Source: Iphione sp. A-MEVVRFRX5
Lineage: Eukaryota
Length of the DNA: 64,000 nt
Assembly (NCBI GenBank): GCA_976226885.1
Contig: OZ320318.1
Span: 78,306,001-78,370,000 of the forward strand
Direction of reading: 5' to 3'
The notes under the pieces were generated by a model. The model searched no databases. It saw only the letters and a program-made list of their open reading frames with translations, and was not told the DNA's origin. Positions within the stretch are counted from its first letter, which is position 1, and each line of letters opens with the position of its first letter. The position numbers and the translations under genes are program-made. Positions 22,589 to 33,159 of this stretch are shown here, one piece after another.

Positions 22589-25500
22589 TTGTTCAGAGTG
22601 ATATATTCCAGATACTAATACAGATCCGCGTACTGACATGATTATCATGTTGGGTATACTGTCAGGATATGTCTAGGCTAGAACAAGAGAGGGAGATATG
22701 TGTCCAAAGGAAAAATTGTCAGATTTTCTGAATTCAAAAAGGGTTACTCTTTAAGGTCTACAGGGGAAGAAAGGCATGGATCAGAGCGTATGCTCGTGGA
22801 ATTAACAGGGGATGTATAGCAGAGGGGTGCGACGTGTCACATGGAAACCGTGACACGCGGCGCAAGGCTTGCAATCATGGTTTGGACAAATGGATGCAGC
22901 AGAAAACACCAGAGAATCCAGGCACGCCGACAGGGGCACTCACACACAGGACAAAATGTATTTCCCTAAATTGTCCCTTCTATCAGTAATACTTCTTATC
23001 CATTCACAAAGATAAAAGAACACTTTCAATGTGTTCCAGCCTGTGCAGTGGACAGTGTGCATCATGCGCACCTACGAAAGAATTGACTGTAGAGGATCGA
23101 CAGTGACAAGGACTACGAAGAACAATCTCCGTGCTAAGGGCTACCCAGGCACATGTGGAAACTGCCGACGTGTCGGGATCTGTATAACATCCATCAACAG
23201 TATGAAGTGAACTCGTCAAAAATATCCAGTCATATATAAAAGTGACTGCTTTCTTATTAGCTAAAGTCCTTTGAGTATCCCTACTGCCTCCCACACAAAG
23301 TAAAAACTACACATTCACCATGCTCTCTTGATTTTGTGCGGCGACACATAAATACCAGACTTCATGATATGTTTTTGAGAGGCGCTCAACAGGGGAAATT
23401 TATAAATACAGCTCTTGTGTATAAGGGCCGGCTGTCGCACGCAGATGGTTGAACACAGCTGCTTAACATTTGTACTGCGTACTGTGGGGAGACATCAATA
23501 CGACGGAGCACAACAAATCTATGTATGAAATGTGGAAAAGGTGCAGACAGAGACAGGTAAATACAGTTGTTCCAGCTGGCTGTGTGTACTTGTCAGAGTG
23601 GCATTAGCGATACATCTGCCCAGTATATGGAACAAAGATAACACTTTGTTACTGTTGAAGCCACATGAAAAAGTGGCTTCATTTAGGTCTCAGTCTTTCT
23701 GCAAGGACGTCTTCGATGTGCAGCTACCCTGAAGCTATCTTAACACGTCTCCATAGATTTATAAGACGGATTCCTGTTTTTGCCAACCATTTCTGGTCCG
23801 GAGTAAGAACTTATTTGTATCCCTTAGCGCCATGGATCTAAATTTCACCAAAGTACCATCTTTATTTCCACAGTAACTGTTATTTTCAACCAATACGCAC
23901 AAGTGTGATAAACTGTATCAACATGGTGTGCGGTTTTATTCACGGAAGTGCCCATAAAGATGATTCATGAAGGTTTACAGTATAGTTGCGTACAGGTTAA
24001 AGGATGTATTCAACACCGTGTTCCTGTTCAACCGTTCATCATTATCTGAAGTTATAACGTGTACTGACCAACATGTTAACCAGTAGCACGGCCGTTAGCA
24101 GAGCTATATAATGTCGCGTTAGTCATGTTAGAAAAAGCACGACATAGATCTGACTATTGTAATTTTTTGTCTCCTGAGGGGGTCTATGCCTGGAGAAATG
24201 AATTGGTGGCCCTACTGAAGCAAATAAATGCACAGTGGGCGAGGAAATTAGTTCATCATTGAGTGCTGGCCAATTTGGACTTGAATTTACATAAAACAAA
24301 TCACTGTTAATCAAAGTCCCAAACCCAAACCGTCCAAGGAGATCACCACTGGCACGCCGTTCAGCTGAACACTACATAATCACACTCCTTTTCACACGCT
24401 TCCCATCTTCATCGCTTGAATTATTCTTAGTCAGGAATGCAGATTTTTGCCCGGTTTCCTGGGTTTTTCCCCCTCGCTGTCTTTCTGGGGATTTAATGCT
24501 GCGAACGTAATTTATCCTTTCTGCTTCATGGAGCTAATTCATGAGGCTGTTTTTTTGTTTGGGTCTGCAGTCTTTCTTTGTTTTGTTCGTCGTCGGCCCG
24601 TCGCCCACGCGTCGCGCGCGCCGTGCGGGTGTTGCGGCTTGCTGCTGCTGCCACTTTAAATCTCTGGTATCCTCTGCATGTATCCTACCTCTTCATCCCA
24701 CAGGATTTGGCGTTACCCAAAACGACCTCCTGCCCGGGCTTACTATTTACCTCTGCACCCAAAGAACCCTCAATTATCAAGGAAAATTTATACGGAGATA
24801 TGAAAACCGGAGGATTGTGTACAGCGGTGTATATTACCCTGAGCAATCGGGAGTCCATTTTTTGTTACTATCAATTCATACGTGTCCATCAAATCAGGAC
24901 GCTGTCAGCAGAAGCTGTCAGTTATGACAGGTGACGCATTTCTATGGTCAGCTATGACGGTGACATCGCTGACAGGACGTTTCTAATGTGGTGTCAACTG
25001 TGGCTATAGTGGCGGGGGAAAAGCCCCTCTGAAGGTCGCAGCTCGAGCTGCCATACATACAAAACACTCAACTCTGATGATTAAAATTACAAGCTTTCAT
25101 TGTTTTTAATAAGTGTTCCGTTCAAGACTACAAAGGCAGCCCTGTCTAATGAATAACGTGGAGGCCGCGAGGTGGCAGTCATGTATGAATGATACATCAG
25201 CCTATGGTGGGGACATCTCCATCCATACTGTATGGTCTCCCCCACCCACATTTTACTTTTTTTCTCTCTCCATCAGTTTGATTGATTTGTTGGAAAGTCA
25301 CTATGAAGACTCATCTTTATGGATCCCTATAGCAAATGAATTTCATTATTGCTGTGGTCGATCATAGCACCAGCATTGGATGTAACTGGATAGAAATGTA
25401 CATTGTACATACAAATTGGCTTACAGTCAGCCATATCTTACTCATACCAGGGCAAAGTTGCCCTACAAACCGATTACCTTCATACTTCTATCACTACAGA

Positions 25501-27135
25501 CTTGCAGCATCACCAGAGTCATGTTCTCGCAGACAAGTGAGATGAACAAAGCAAGAGGGGGAAGCATGTATAAAACCGGCAGTACCCAAACTACATAAAT
25601 GCATACATGTACCGGTACATGTACATATACACATACACACATACAGACCGAGCCGAAATATTTTTATACATAGAGGGGCCTTTTTACATCAGGACAGATG
25701 GGGAAAAACCTTGACGGTATGTTTTCTTTACTTTTTGATAGGCTGACCTCGGACTCCCTCAAAAAAAGCATATAAATACAGGCCTTGTAGGAAGCAGCGC
25801 AGGTTCTCTGACAATGAGGGATGTGGGTCTTGAGTGTGACTATTGTACCTTGTCGTGAATACCCATCGCCCTCGTCAACATTCAATGCACGGCCTGATTA
25901 TAGAGTGAGGTTTTCCTTACCTCAGCAAATAGTTATATGTCTGCCTGTTGATTGTAGCCTGTAGTACAACGTCGATATAGAATCTCTGATCGACAGGAAT
26001 TAATTATAAAAGGACAATTCAATGCATGAAGATCGAATCACAGATTTGGTTTTATTACCAGCTCGGGGAGAGGTTATTTCAAACCTTAGCTAATTTACAC
26101 CTCTCCTCTTTGAGTATTGCTGTGTTGATCCTTCTGGCCTTCTTCATTGAAGGTGGTGATCCATTCTTGGTTTCATTTTTTCCACATCTAAATTCGAGAG
26201 CATTTTTGATCCGTTGCCAATTGCGGCAACAGGTCCATTCTTACCGTAGTGTTCAACCACCCACAGCAGCCTGCCACCTTTGCCGTATCAAAATAACGCA
26301 GCCTTCGTACCTCATGTATAATTTAGCTCGTCTTCACCACGACATAATTCCTACCTCATACAAACTGAACGTCCTGCCACAGTAACACAACATACACTAT
26401 TATCACTACAAGACCCAGTTAGGTCCAATCAAGCAGACAAAGGAGTGCGATCCCAGAATCGTTCAAGAGATGGGATAGTGCTGTGGGCTCATAAGGACAC
26501 TATACCGAGGAGATTGACTGACGTCTTCAGACTGACCTCGGTGTCGCGGCCGTCACCTGAATCCCCACACAGCCTGGCTGTGTTTAAACTCGGGGGGTGG
26601 GGGGGTGGGGAGGGGGGATATTGACTTGGTTCTATTAGATTGCCGTAGGTATCAACAGTTAACTCGAGATTCACTTGCCAGAAATCCCATTTGCCTGGCA
26701 CGGTAAGGGGTCCTTGATACCCCCCCCCCCCGGAGCTCGGCGCGGAACGGTCGGAAGTTGTTGCTGGAAGGCTCCGAGCCAGTGCGCGTGGTGAAAACAC
26801 GGCGTCGAGACCGTTTCTAAGTCAGCCAAATACTAATTAAGCTAAACACATTTCCTTGTGGAAGTTTTCAACATAAGCACGGATCTTAAATAGCAAGAGG
26901 AAGCAGGTAGATTGATCCCTTCCTGCTTAACATTAGTGTCCTTATCCTACATGTGGATGATACTCTTAAGTGAAATAACATTATACAACAAACTTCCTTC
27001 ATTTTTACTGTAACATGTTCAAATAGTTCGTATTGTCATATTTAAAGCACCAGTGTCTGATCCCAATTTCCTAGTTTTTACAAATCGGCATTGCATGACA
27101 TACAATATAAAATATGATCACCTAACCATTGCTTC

Positions 27136-27172
<37 letters not shown>
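27136..27172 (+). repeat. (TA)n microsatellite
   Basis: Read directly; one interruption. Confidence 0.9.
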
Positions 27173-28976
27173 CCGACTCTTCTTCATCTCAAGCAGGGAG
27201 GTAATGATACATCATATCAGAACAGGTTTGTGATTTTAAGCGTTCCATTAAAAGGAGACAAGTAGATCCACAAACATTTGTGCCATGAACAGTTACGAAA
27301 TTGATGGGGCTACCACCAAACTATCAACCGTCTCTAAATAAATAATCCTAATATTAGCTCCCTTACGTCGAGCCAACCCCAAGAGGCCACTGTTTGTTAT
27401 TGTGGATATGGCAATGAGCCGTGGAAGAGCACGGGCCTAACGACTCATTACTCCTCGAAGTGAACAGAAACTACGTCACAAAGGGTCGACCCCTCGTGTC
27501 ACTTTTAACGCCCGTTCCTTGCCAATTCCTCGTGGTATTTGGGAAGAAAACTGCACGGTGTATATTTGATGTAGCAAACGATGTATAAACAATTAAACCT
27601 TGCCATCCGGAGACTCAACAACTAGGGAACCACATTAACTGTACTCACTTTGAGGGAGGGACATAATTATTTTAGTTAATGTTTCCCTGTTTCAGTAACC
27701 AGATTATCTGAAATCCATACAAAGATGGATGTGACAGACGTAATCCGGTCAGCGAGTTTTGACTACATATCTGAACCAATTGATTTTGAAGGAAAACATG
27801 TTTTTAATAGAAAAACGAAAGGTCATGGTGCGTTCCTTTCAATGTTCAATGTATATCTGACATTTTTACTTTTGCATTGAAAACTTAACAGGGCAGGACG
27901 ACAACCACAACTTGCATGTACGTCGAAAAGGAACATTTCACGATCAAGATAGAATTCATTCAGGTCACCCTTACGGCTATGCTTGCCACTGCTGTCTGGC
28001 GTAAGATCATATGATTGAGGTGAAAAATCAGCGCCTCTAGGTACAGATATCGTCACTAGCTCGAGGCCTTCCTGACAGCTGTTGGAAGGAGAATGAGTCG
28101 GACTGGAGAGTTCTTCGAACCCTTAGTAAGCGTTTAATCCCCTTCCATCGCTTCCTTCCTCCATGGTTCACTTGAATGCTAGCCCCATCCCTGCTAGCCT
28201 ATCTCGATCACCCCTTTCCTCTTCCTCTCCCTCAACGGGGTCGTGACCTCTATCTCCTTCCTTGTACGATTCATCCCTTCTCTCAACGCATCCTTTTCCG
28301 AACTGACCTGCATTGGAAGTGGCTGTTTGCGGGCTCCGTGTACAACATGACACAGGTTTTATTCTTCGGAGGTTAAGGAGCTGTAATGGCGATGCTACTG
28401 TTCTACTATATCACTCTTCCCGGAAAGAAAAAAAAAATCTGTCTGGAACACTTTCGGCTTACTTGTGCCGTCTCCGTACGAGAGAGTAAGTGCGCGAAAT
28501 AAGTGGGGACGTATGGCTTAGTGCTATTGTGTTGACATGCAAGGTTGTGTGTCATTCTTCGAGTTTTCACCTCGGACCACGCTATGCTTTCCGGTGTTCT
28601 GTATGCATGTAAACACAACTAAACGAATATGCGCATTCACATTCGTGTATTAGAGAATATAGTCTGTTCCTATTCCTGGGTTGAGCATGACATACATATT
28701 GCCCAATCAGTTTTGACAAAAAGAAACCTCCAGCTGTTCTATTCAGCCCTCCATTCAGCCGTCCGATGCCGCCTATTAAGAAAGCCAGTTGACGGTTGAC
28801 GTACGATTACGGTCGGGTGGGTTGTGAGATGTCTTTTGAATGCCACAGAGGAAGCCACATTCAAATCGGCCTAAAACTGACAGTTGCTTTAAATGGCTTC
28901 CTACCATTGAAGGTGTTGGGGGCTGGTGGACCCAGCAGAGTGGGGTTCGTGGCCGTTTGGGAAGCCATCAGTATGA

Positions 28977-28984
28977 TAACATGC
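28977..28984 (+). repeat. Candidate target-site duplication TAACATGC (partner at 34964-34971)
   Basis: The same 8-mer lies 196 bp upstream of the ORF1 ATG and immediately after the 3' tail. An 8-bp match could be chance. Confidence 0.45.
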
Positions 28985-29180
28985 GCTGTGAGTAGACCGC
29001 TGTTGTAACTGTTTTTTAATATCGCAGCGACGTACTTCTCATTTTCTTATTCTCGTCTGTGCTGGTAATCTTTCCCTCCCAAGAGCCTTTTCTTCATTCA
29101 ATAACTATTCATGATGGCGAGTATGGCGGATCGCGAGTAGGTACGCGTGTAGTTGGGAGGCAACTAGAAAAATATGAAAA

Positions 29181-30845
29181 ATGCCATTTAAAGGGAAACA
29201 GTCGGTACACACTATGCAAACACGATCAGAAAAGGTCTCAGGAGATTATCGCACACCAGATAAAAGGACTCCCACGACCATTCAAGGGAATAAATCGGGG
29301 AATGCAGCACTGTTGAGCGATGATAGAGGAAATTCGGCTCCACAGACCCCGAAGAGACCCTCTACACCGGCAGTACCGCCAACGCACTTATCGGGGCAGC
29401 TAACAGACGACCAATTGAGTGGTATTCAACCATTACCTCCGAGAGCAACACCAGTAAACGTTCAGGAAGGGCAACTAGGAGCTAAAGGTACGTCTGATGT
29501 TGATAACAGCCCAACTTTACTGACATTAACACCTAGCTCTCTACTGAACATTGTCCCTGACTCACAGCACGAGGAGTCAATAACAGAAGACATGTTTAAC
29601 CAGCTGGACGTTAGACAGGCCCTATTGCTTATGTTTAAAAGTCAAGCTGAGATCAAGTCTATGTTGGTAGAAGTTAAGGCACGCTTTGATGAACTGTCAA
29701 TTGAGAAGAAATTTCAAGATATTAACAAGCAAATCGGCGAAATAGAGGAAAAGTCGAGCAAGATGGCACAGGCTTATGAAACAATGGTAGCAGGTAATGA
29801 GAAATGGCGTGCTGCAACAACAGAGAGGATAAATTCAATTGGTCATACGTCTAATATTGCTAATGCCCAGTCGTACGAATTACAGGAGAAGAATGATCAT
29901 TTGAAGAGGCGCTTGGAAAATTTAGAGTTAGGTGTACGACGACAAAATCTGATCCTTGATGGTTTGAAGGAAGAGGCCAACACTACGACCTGGGACCAGG
30001 TAGACGCTATATTTACCCAGATCGATTCTCAATATAAATCAGACACGTTGTTGAGTGCCACACGATTGGGTAAACAAGGGGCAAGGCCGAGACCTATTTT
30101 AGTTAGAATGTCGTGTGTAGAGGCAAGGAACAGTGTTCTGGCCAGCAGAACAGCATTACGTAAGTTGAGCTCGACGAAGACAGCATACCTGAGGGAGGAT
30201 ATTCCTGAAATAATGCAAGATCGACACCGTAAATTACACTTGGTGGCCGATTTGGCAAGGCGCAATGGTTCGAAGTCGTCAGTACGTGGTATGGTGGTCC
30301 GGGTAGATGGCCGAGATTACCATTATGAAGAGCTGGACTACCTGCCTGTTGGGTATGAACTGGCAAATGCATGTGTGAAACAGTCAGATACTCATTGTGT
30401 ATTCCGGGACGAGCACACATGTTTAAGCAGTTTATCAGAATATTCGTTTGATTTGAATGGCGACAGGTTTGACACACTGGAACATTGGGTGCAATCAGAG
30501 CGAGCTAAATTTGTTGGCGACGAGACGCTGCGGCACAGAATACTGCTTGAGGACAGCCCCTATAAGGCAAGGTTGTTGGGACGTCAATATCAAGCTGACA
30601 AGGAGTGGAAGCAGGTAGAACATGATGTTTATCTGAAGGGTATGCGTGCTAAGTTTCAACAAAACCCGTCTGCTAAGGACATGCTTCTTGCAACACAAGG
30701 AAAAGCACTAGTTATGGCATCAAGAGACAAGTTCATGGGAGCAGGTGTCCCTTTTTGGGAACTGGACTTGGGAAAAATTGAGTTTCAAGGAGGTAATGAG
30801 ATGGGTAAAATGCTTGAAACGATCCGTTCTGAGTTAGCAAACTAA
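29181..30845 (+). CDS. LINE ORF1 protein (554 aa): disordered N-terminus, coiled coil, L1-type RRM/CTD, C-terminal NADAR domain
   Basis: Heptad region aa ~143-250 ending RLENLE (RhxxhE motif); RRM signature RRQNLILDGLKE...TRLGKQGARPRPILVRM...YLREDI (aa ~253-345); NADAR motifs aa ~406-552. The ORF is uninterrupted. Confidence 0.9.
   Translation: MPFKGKQSVHTMQTRSEKVSGDYRTPDKRTPTTIQGNKSGNAALLSDDRGNSAPQTPKRPSTPAVPPTHLSGQLTDDQLSGIQPLPPRATPVNVQEGQLGAKGTSDVDNSPTLLTLTPSSLLNIVPDSQHEESITEDMFNQLDVRQALLLMFKSQAEIKSMLVEVKARFDELSIEKKFQDINKQIGEIEEKSSKMAQAYETMVAGNEKWRAATTERINSIGHTSNIANAQSYELQEKNDHLKRRLENLELGVRRQNLILDGLKEEANTTTWDQVDAIFTQIDSQYKSDTLLSATRLGKQGARPRPILVRMSCVEARNSVLASRTALRKLSSTKTAYLREDIPEIMQDRHRKLHLVADLARRNGSKSSVRGMVVRVDGRDYHYEELDYLPVGYELANACVKQSDTHCVFRDEHTCLSSLSEYSFDLNGDRFDTLEHWVQSERAKFVGDETLRHRILLEDSPYKARLLGRQYQADKEWKQVEHDVYLKGMRAKFQQNPSAKDMLLATQGKALVMASRDKFMGAGVPFWELDLGKIEFQGGNEMGKMLETIRSELAN
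30396..30842 (+). other. NADAR / YbiA-like domain within ORF1
   Basis: F.LNG..F.TLEHWVQSERAKFVGD, ILLEDSPYKARLLGR, W, MRAKFQQNP..KDMLLATQGK.LV.AS.D...G.G and GGNEMGKMLETIRSEL follow the order and spacing of the YbiA/NADAR family pattern. Recognised by eye, not by HMM. Confidence 0.85.
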
Positions 30846-31609
30846 TGTGCTAATTTGCATTGCAGATGTGCCAGATGGACTATGCCGGACCGGAGTGCTG
30901 GACTGTATTGTTCTACTGGTGTGTAGTGATAACGGGAGTCAATTGACTGTTGGGTGAGGAAAACGTTATTGTAATTTTACACTAAGCTGGTTACTACAAG
31001 AGATATGTCATGCGCACCATTGTTGGCCCTGAGATGATAATCTGGTTGTGGTTGAACGTATGAATATACTGGTCTATGTTTAATTTTTGTGGCTGTTGTG
31101 TAATTATTTTGAATAAATTACTTAAATGCCGTAATTGGTTAATATAGAAGAAAACAATGTTATCAAAAATCAGAAGATTAAAACTGGATGTTTCTTTATT
31201 GGATTGAATATATGATTTAGGTATCGTAACTGGCTTATGCAAAAATACTCAATATCAGGGAGATTAAACATGATGATATTCATCATATGGTGTATGTGTA
31301 TGAAGTTTTTCTCCCTGGAATCAAGCTAATGCTGTTGTAAATGTATTGTTTTTCTAGGAGGCGTGTATCGATATGACAGCTGCCCTGTTTAGTGTGTTGC
31401 TGCAGTAGGCCCCTAACTGGACAGCTGATTCAAAAGGGAAAGAATAACACGGTGAAGTAACGCCCATTTGTTTGCTGTAGCATTTCTTGCTATAACAGTT
31501 TGTGAAATTTATGAGGAACTGTTGCTGATAGTGTGAAGCCGCAGTAGGCCCCTATCAAGACAGTACCATTATTGTACAACGAATACAGCTGTAGGAGGGA
31601 TTAAGGTCT

Positions 31610-32260
31610 ATGATTGCCTACAAAATGGTATACCATGTATTAATTTTGGCTGATTCCAGGGGGAGACATTTATGGCCATATTTGCAAAGCCAGGGATTGT
31701 TGGATAAAGGGGTCGAGGTGGATCTGAAATTCAAGCCGGGGGCACGATTAGAGGATGTTTTAGGCTTTTTTCAGGAATATGACTGCAAAAAATATAGTTT
31801 GATTTATTTATTCTTGGGAATAAATAATTTATGTAAACGGGATAAGATTGACAAGAGCCTAACATATATACAAGGGGATGTACAATTATGGAAATTGTGG
31901 TTAGAAGCTTTTCATTCGAAATTGATGAATGTAACAAAAAGGATGGGTCTAACCGCAAGGATAGGTTATATGCCAATTTGTACGATTAATTTATCACATT
32001 ATTCCCCCTCGACCTATAACTATGAATTCCAGCAGTTGATGAACGCTTCGGTATTTGCGATGAATGACTTTGCGTATGATGTCAACCAAAAACAATTGAT
32101 CTATACACCAATGACTCAACAGCCTGTACATCGAGAGGAGAAAGGTAGGATGCGATCAAGGTATTTCTATTTAATTGATGGATGTCACCCAGATGAAACA
32201 GCACTTACCATCTGGGGTAGACACATATGTACGGCGCTGACTGTTATGTTTGGGTTATGA
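31610..32260 (+). CDS. SGNH/GDSL-family esterase (216 aa), retrotransposon type
   Basis: Block I VLILADSRG, block II KPGARL, block III FLGINN and block V DGCHP, in the correct order. SGNH esterases are established ORF1 components of some CR1/L2/RTE elements. Confidence 0.85.
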   Translation: MIAYKMVYHVLILADSRGRHLWPYLQSQGLLDKGVEVDLKFKPGARLEDVLGFFQEYDCKKYSLIYLFLGINNLCKRDKIDKSLTYIQGDVQLWKLWLEAFHSKLMNVTKRMGLTARIGYMPICTINLSHYSPSTYNYEFQQLMNASVFAMNDFAYDVNQKQLIYTPMTQQPVHREEKGRMRSRYFYLIDGCHPDETALTIWGRHICTALTVMFGL

Positions 32261-32292
32261 GTTGTCTGAAATCCAACTATTCTTGAGCCTGA

Positions 32293-33159
32293 GTGATCAT
32301 ATCTACCATTATGGGTGTCTTTAGAATTGCTTCATGGAATTGTAGAAGTATGCTGGATAAAATCGAGGAAATTAAATTAATGTTGTTTAAATATAAAATT
32401 GATGTGTTCATTATAATAGAAACATGGCTTACACCTGTTTTTCCGGATTCTATGATTGATATAAAAGGATACACAGTACATAGACAGGATAGAGATCGCT
32501 CGAAGGTAAATAAGAAAAGAGGTGGAGGCATTGTAGCATATGTGAGAGATAATTACTTGTGTGAAGTGATTATGGATGGATGTATGATGAGTACAGAAGG
32601 TGAGATTGTATGTATGAAATGCAAGCCCGGAGGAAGAAAATGGCAACTTATTTTTGCAGTATATAGGACACCGGGTGGGGAGCCAACAAGGTTATATGAC
32701 TTTCTGGAAACGCTAGCCATCCAACAGAACCCAGGAAATAAGAAAGTATTGACAATTTTAGGGGATTTTAATGTTGATTTAAACAAGATAAGTAGGTCCC
32801 GAAAGAGAATTACCCAATTTAATGAGTCTCTGGGGTTAAAGCAAATTATTAAAGGCCCAACACACCAAAATCTATCATGTATTGACCACATTTATGCAGT
32901 GATAGGGGAAACTTGTAAGGCAGGCACAATAGTGACTGGTAACAGTGATCATAGTCTGATTTTTGTGGACTATAAAAGAGTGAAAATGGTTAACCAGCAA
33001 ATGATGGTACGATGTAGAGATACAAGAGGATATTCATACTCAAGATTCAAGGAATTGCTGGAACAATGTGATTGGTCAAAAGAGTTGAGTGTGGATGATA
33101 TGTGGAATGAATGGGAGAGCAATGTTGCTGGTGTGTTAGATATTTTAGCTCCCTTGTGA
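32293..33159 (+). CDS. LINE ORF2 N-terminal part: APE-type (EEP) endonuclease; first in-frame ATG at 32311
   Basis: SWNCRS, IIETWL, HRQDR...RGGGIVAYV, AVYRTP, ILGDFNVDL, IDHIY and SDHSLI motifs. Ends prematurely at ...LDILAPL*. Confidence 0.9.
   Translation: MIISTIMGVFRIASWNCRSMLDKIEEIKLMLFKYKIDVFIIIETWLTPVFPDSMIDIKGYTVHRQDRDRSKVNKKRGGGIVAYVRDNYLCEVIMDGCMMSTEGEIVCMKCKPGGRKWQLIFAVYRTPGGEPTRLYDFLETLAIQQNPGNKKVLTILGDFNVDLNKISRSRKRITQFNESLGLKQIIKGPTHQNLSCIDHIYAVIGETCKAGTIVTGNSDHSLIFVDYKRVKMVNQQMMVRCRDTRGYSYSRFKELLEQCDWSKELSVDDMWNEWESNVAGVLDILAPL

Noticed and set aside
23100-23200. CGNCRRVG resembling a gag zinc knuckle
   Set aside because: Lacks the His and final Cys spacing; no flanking gag or pol.
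26600-26720. WQVNLE...VDTYGNLI resembling a pepsin-family motif (minus strand)
   Set aside because: Spacing far too short, DTG is not intact, and it is flanked by homopolymer runs.
27940-28000. RIHSGHPYGYAC resembling a C2H2 linker
   Set aside because: Single imperfect linker with no adjacent fingers.
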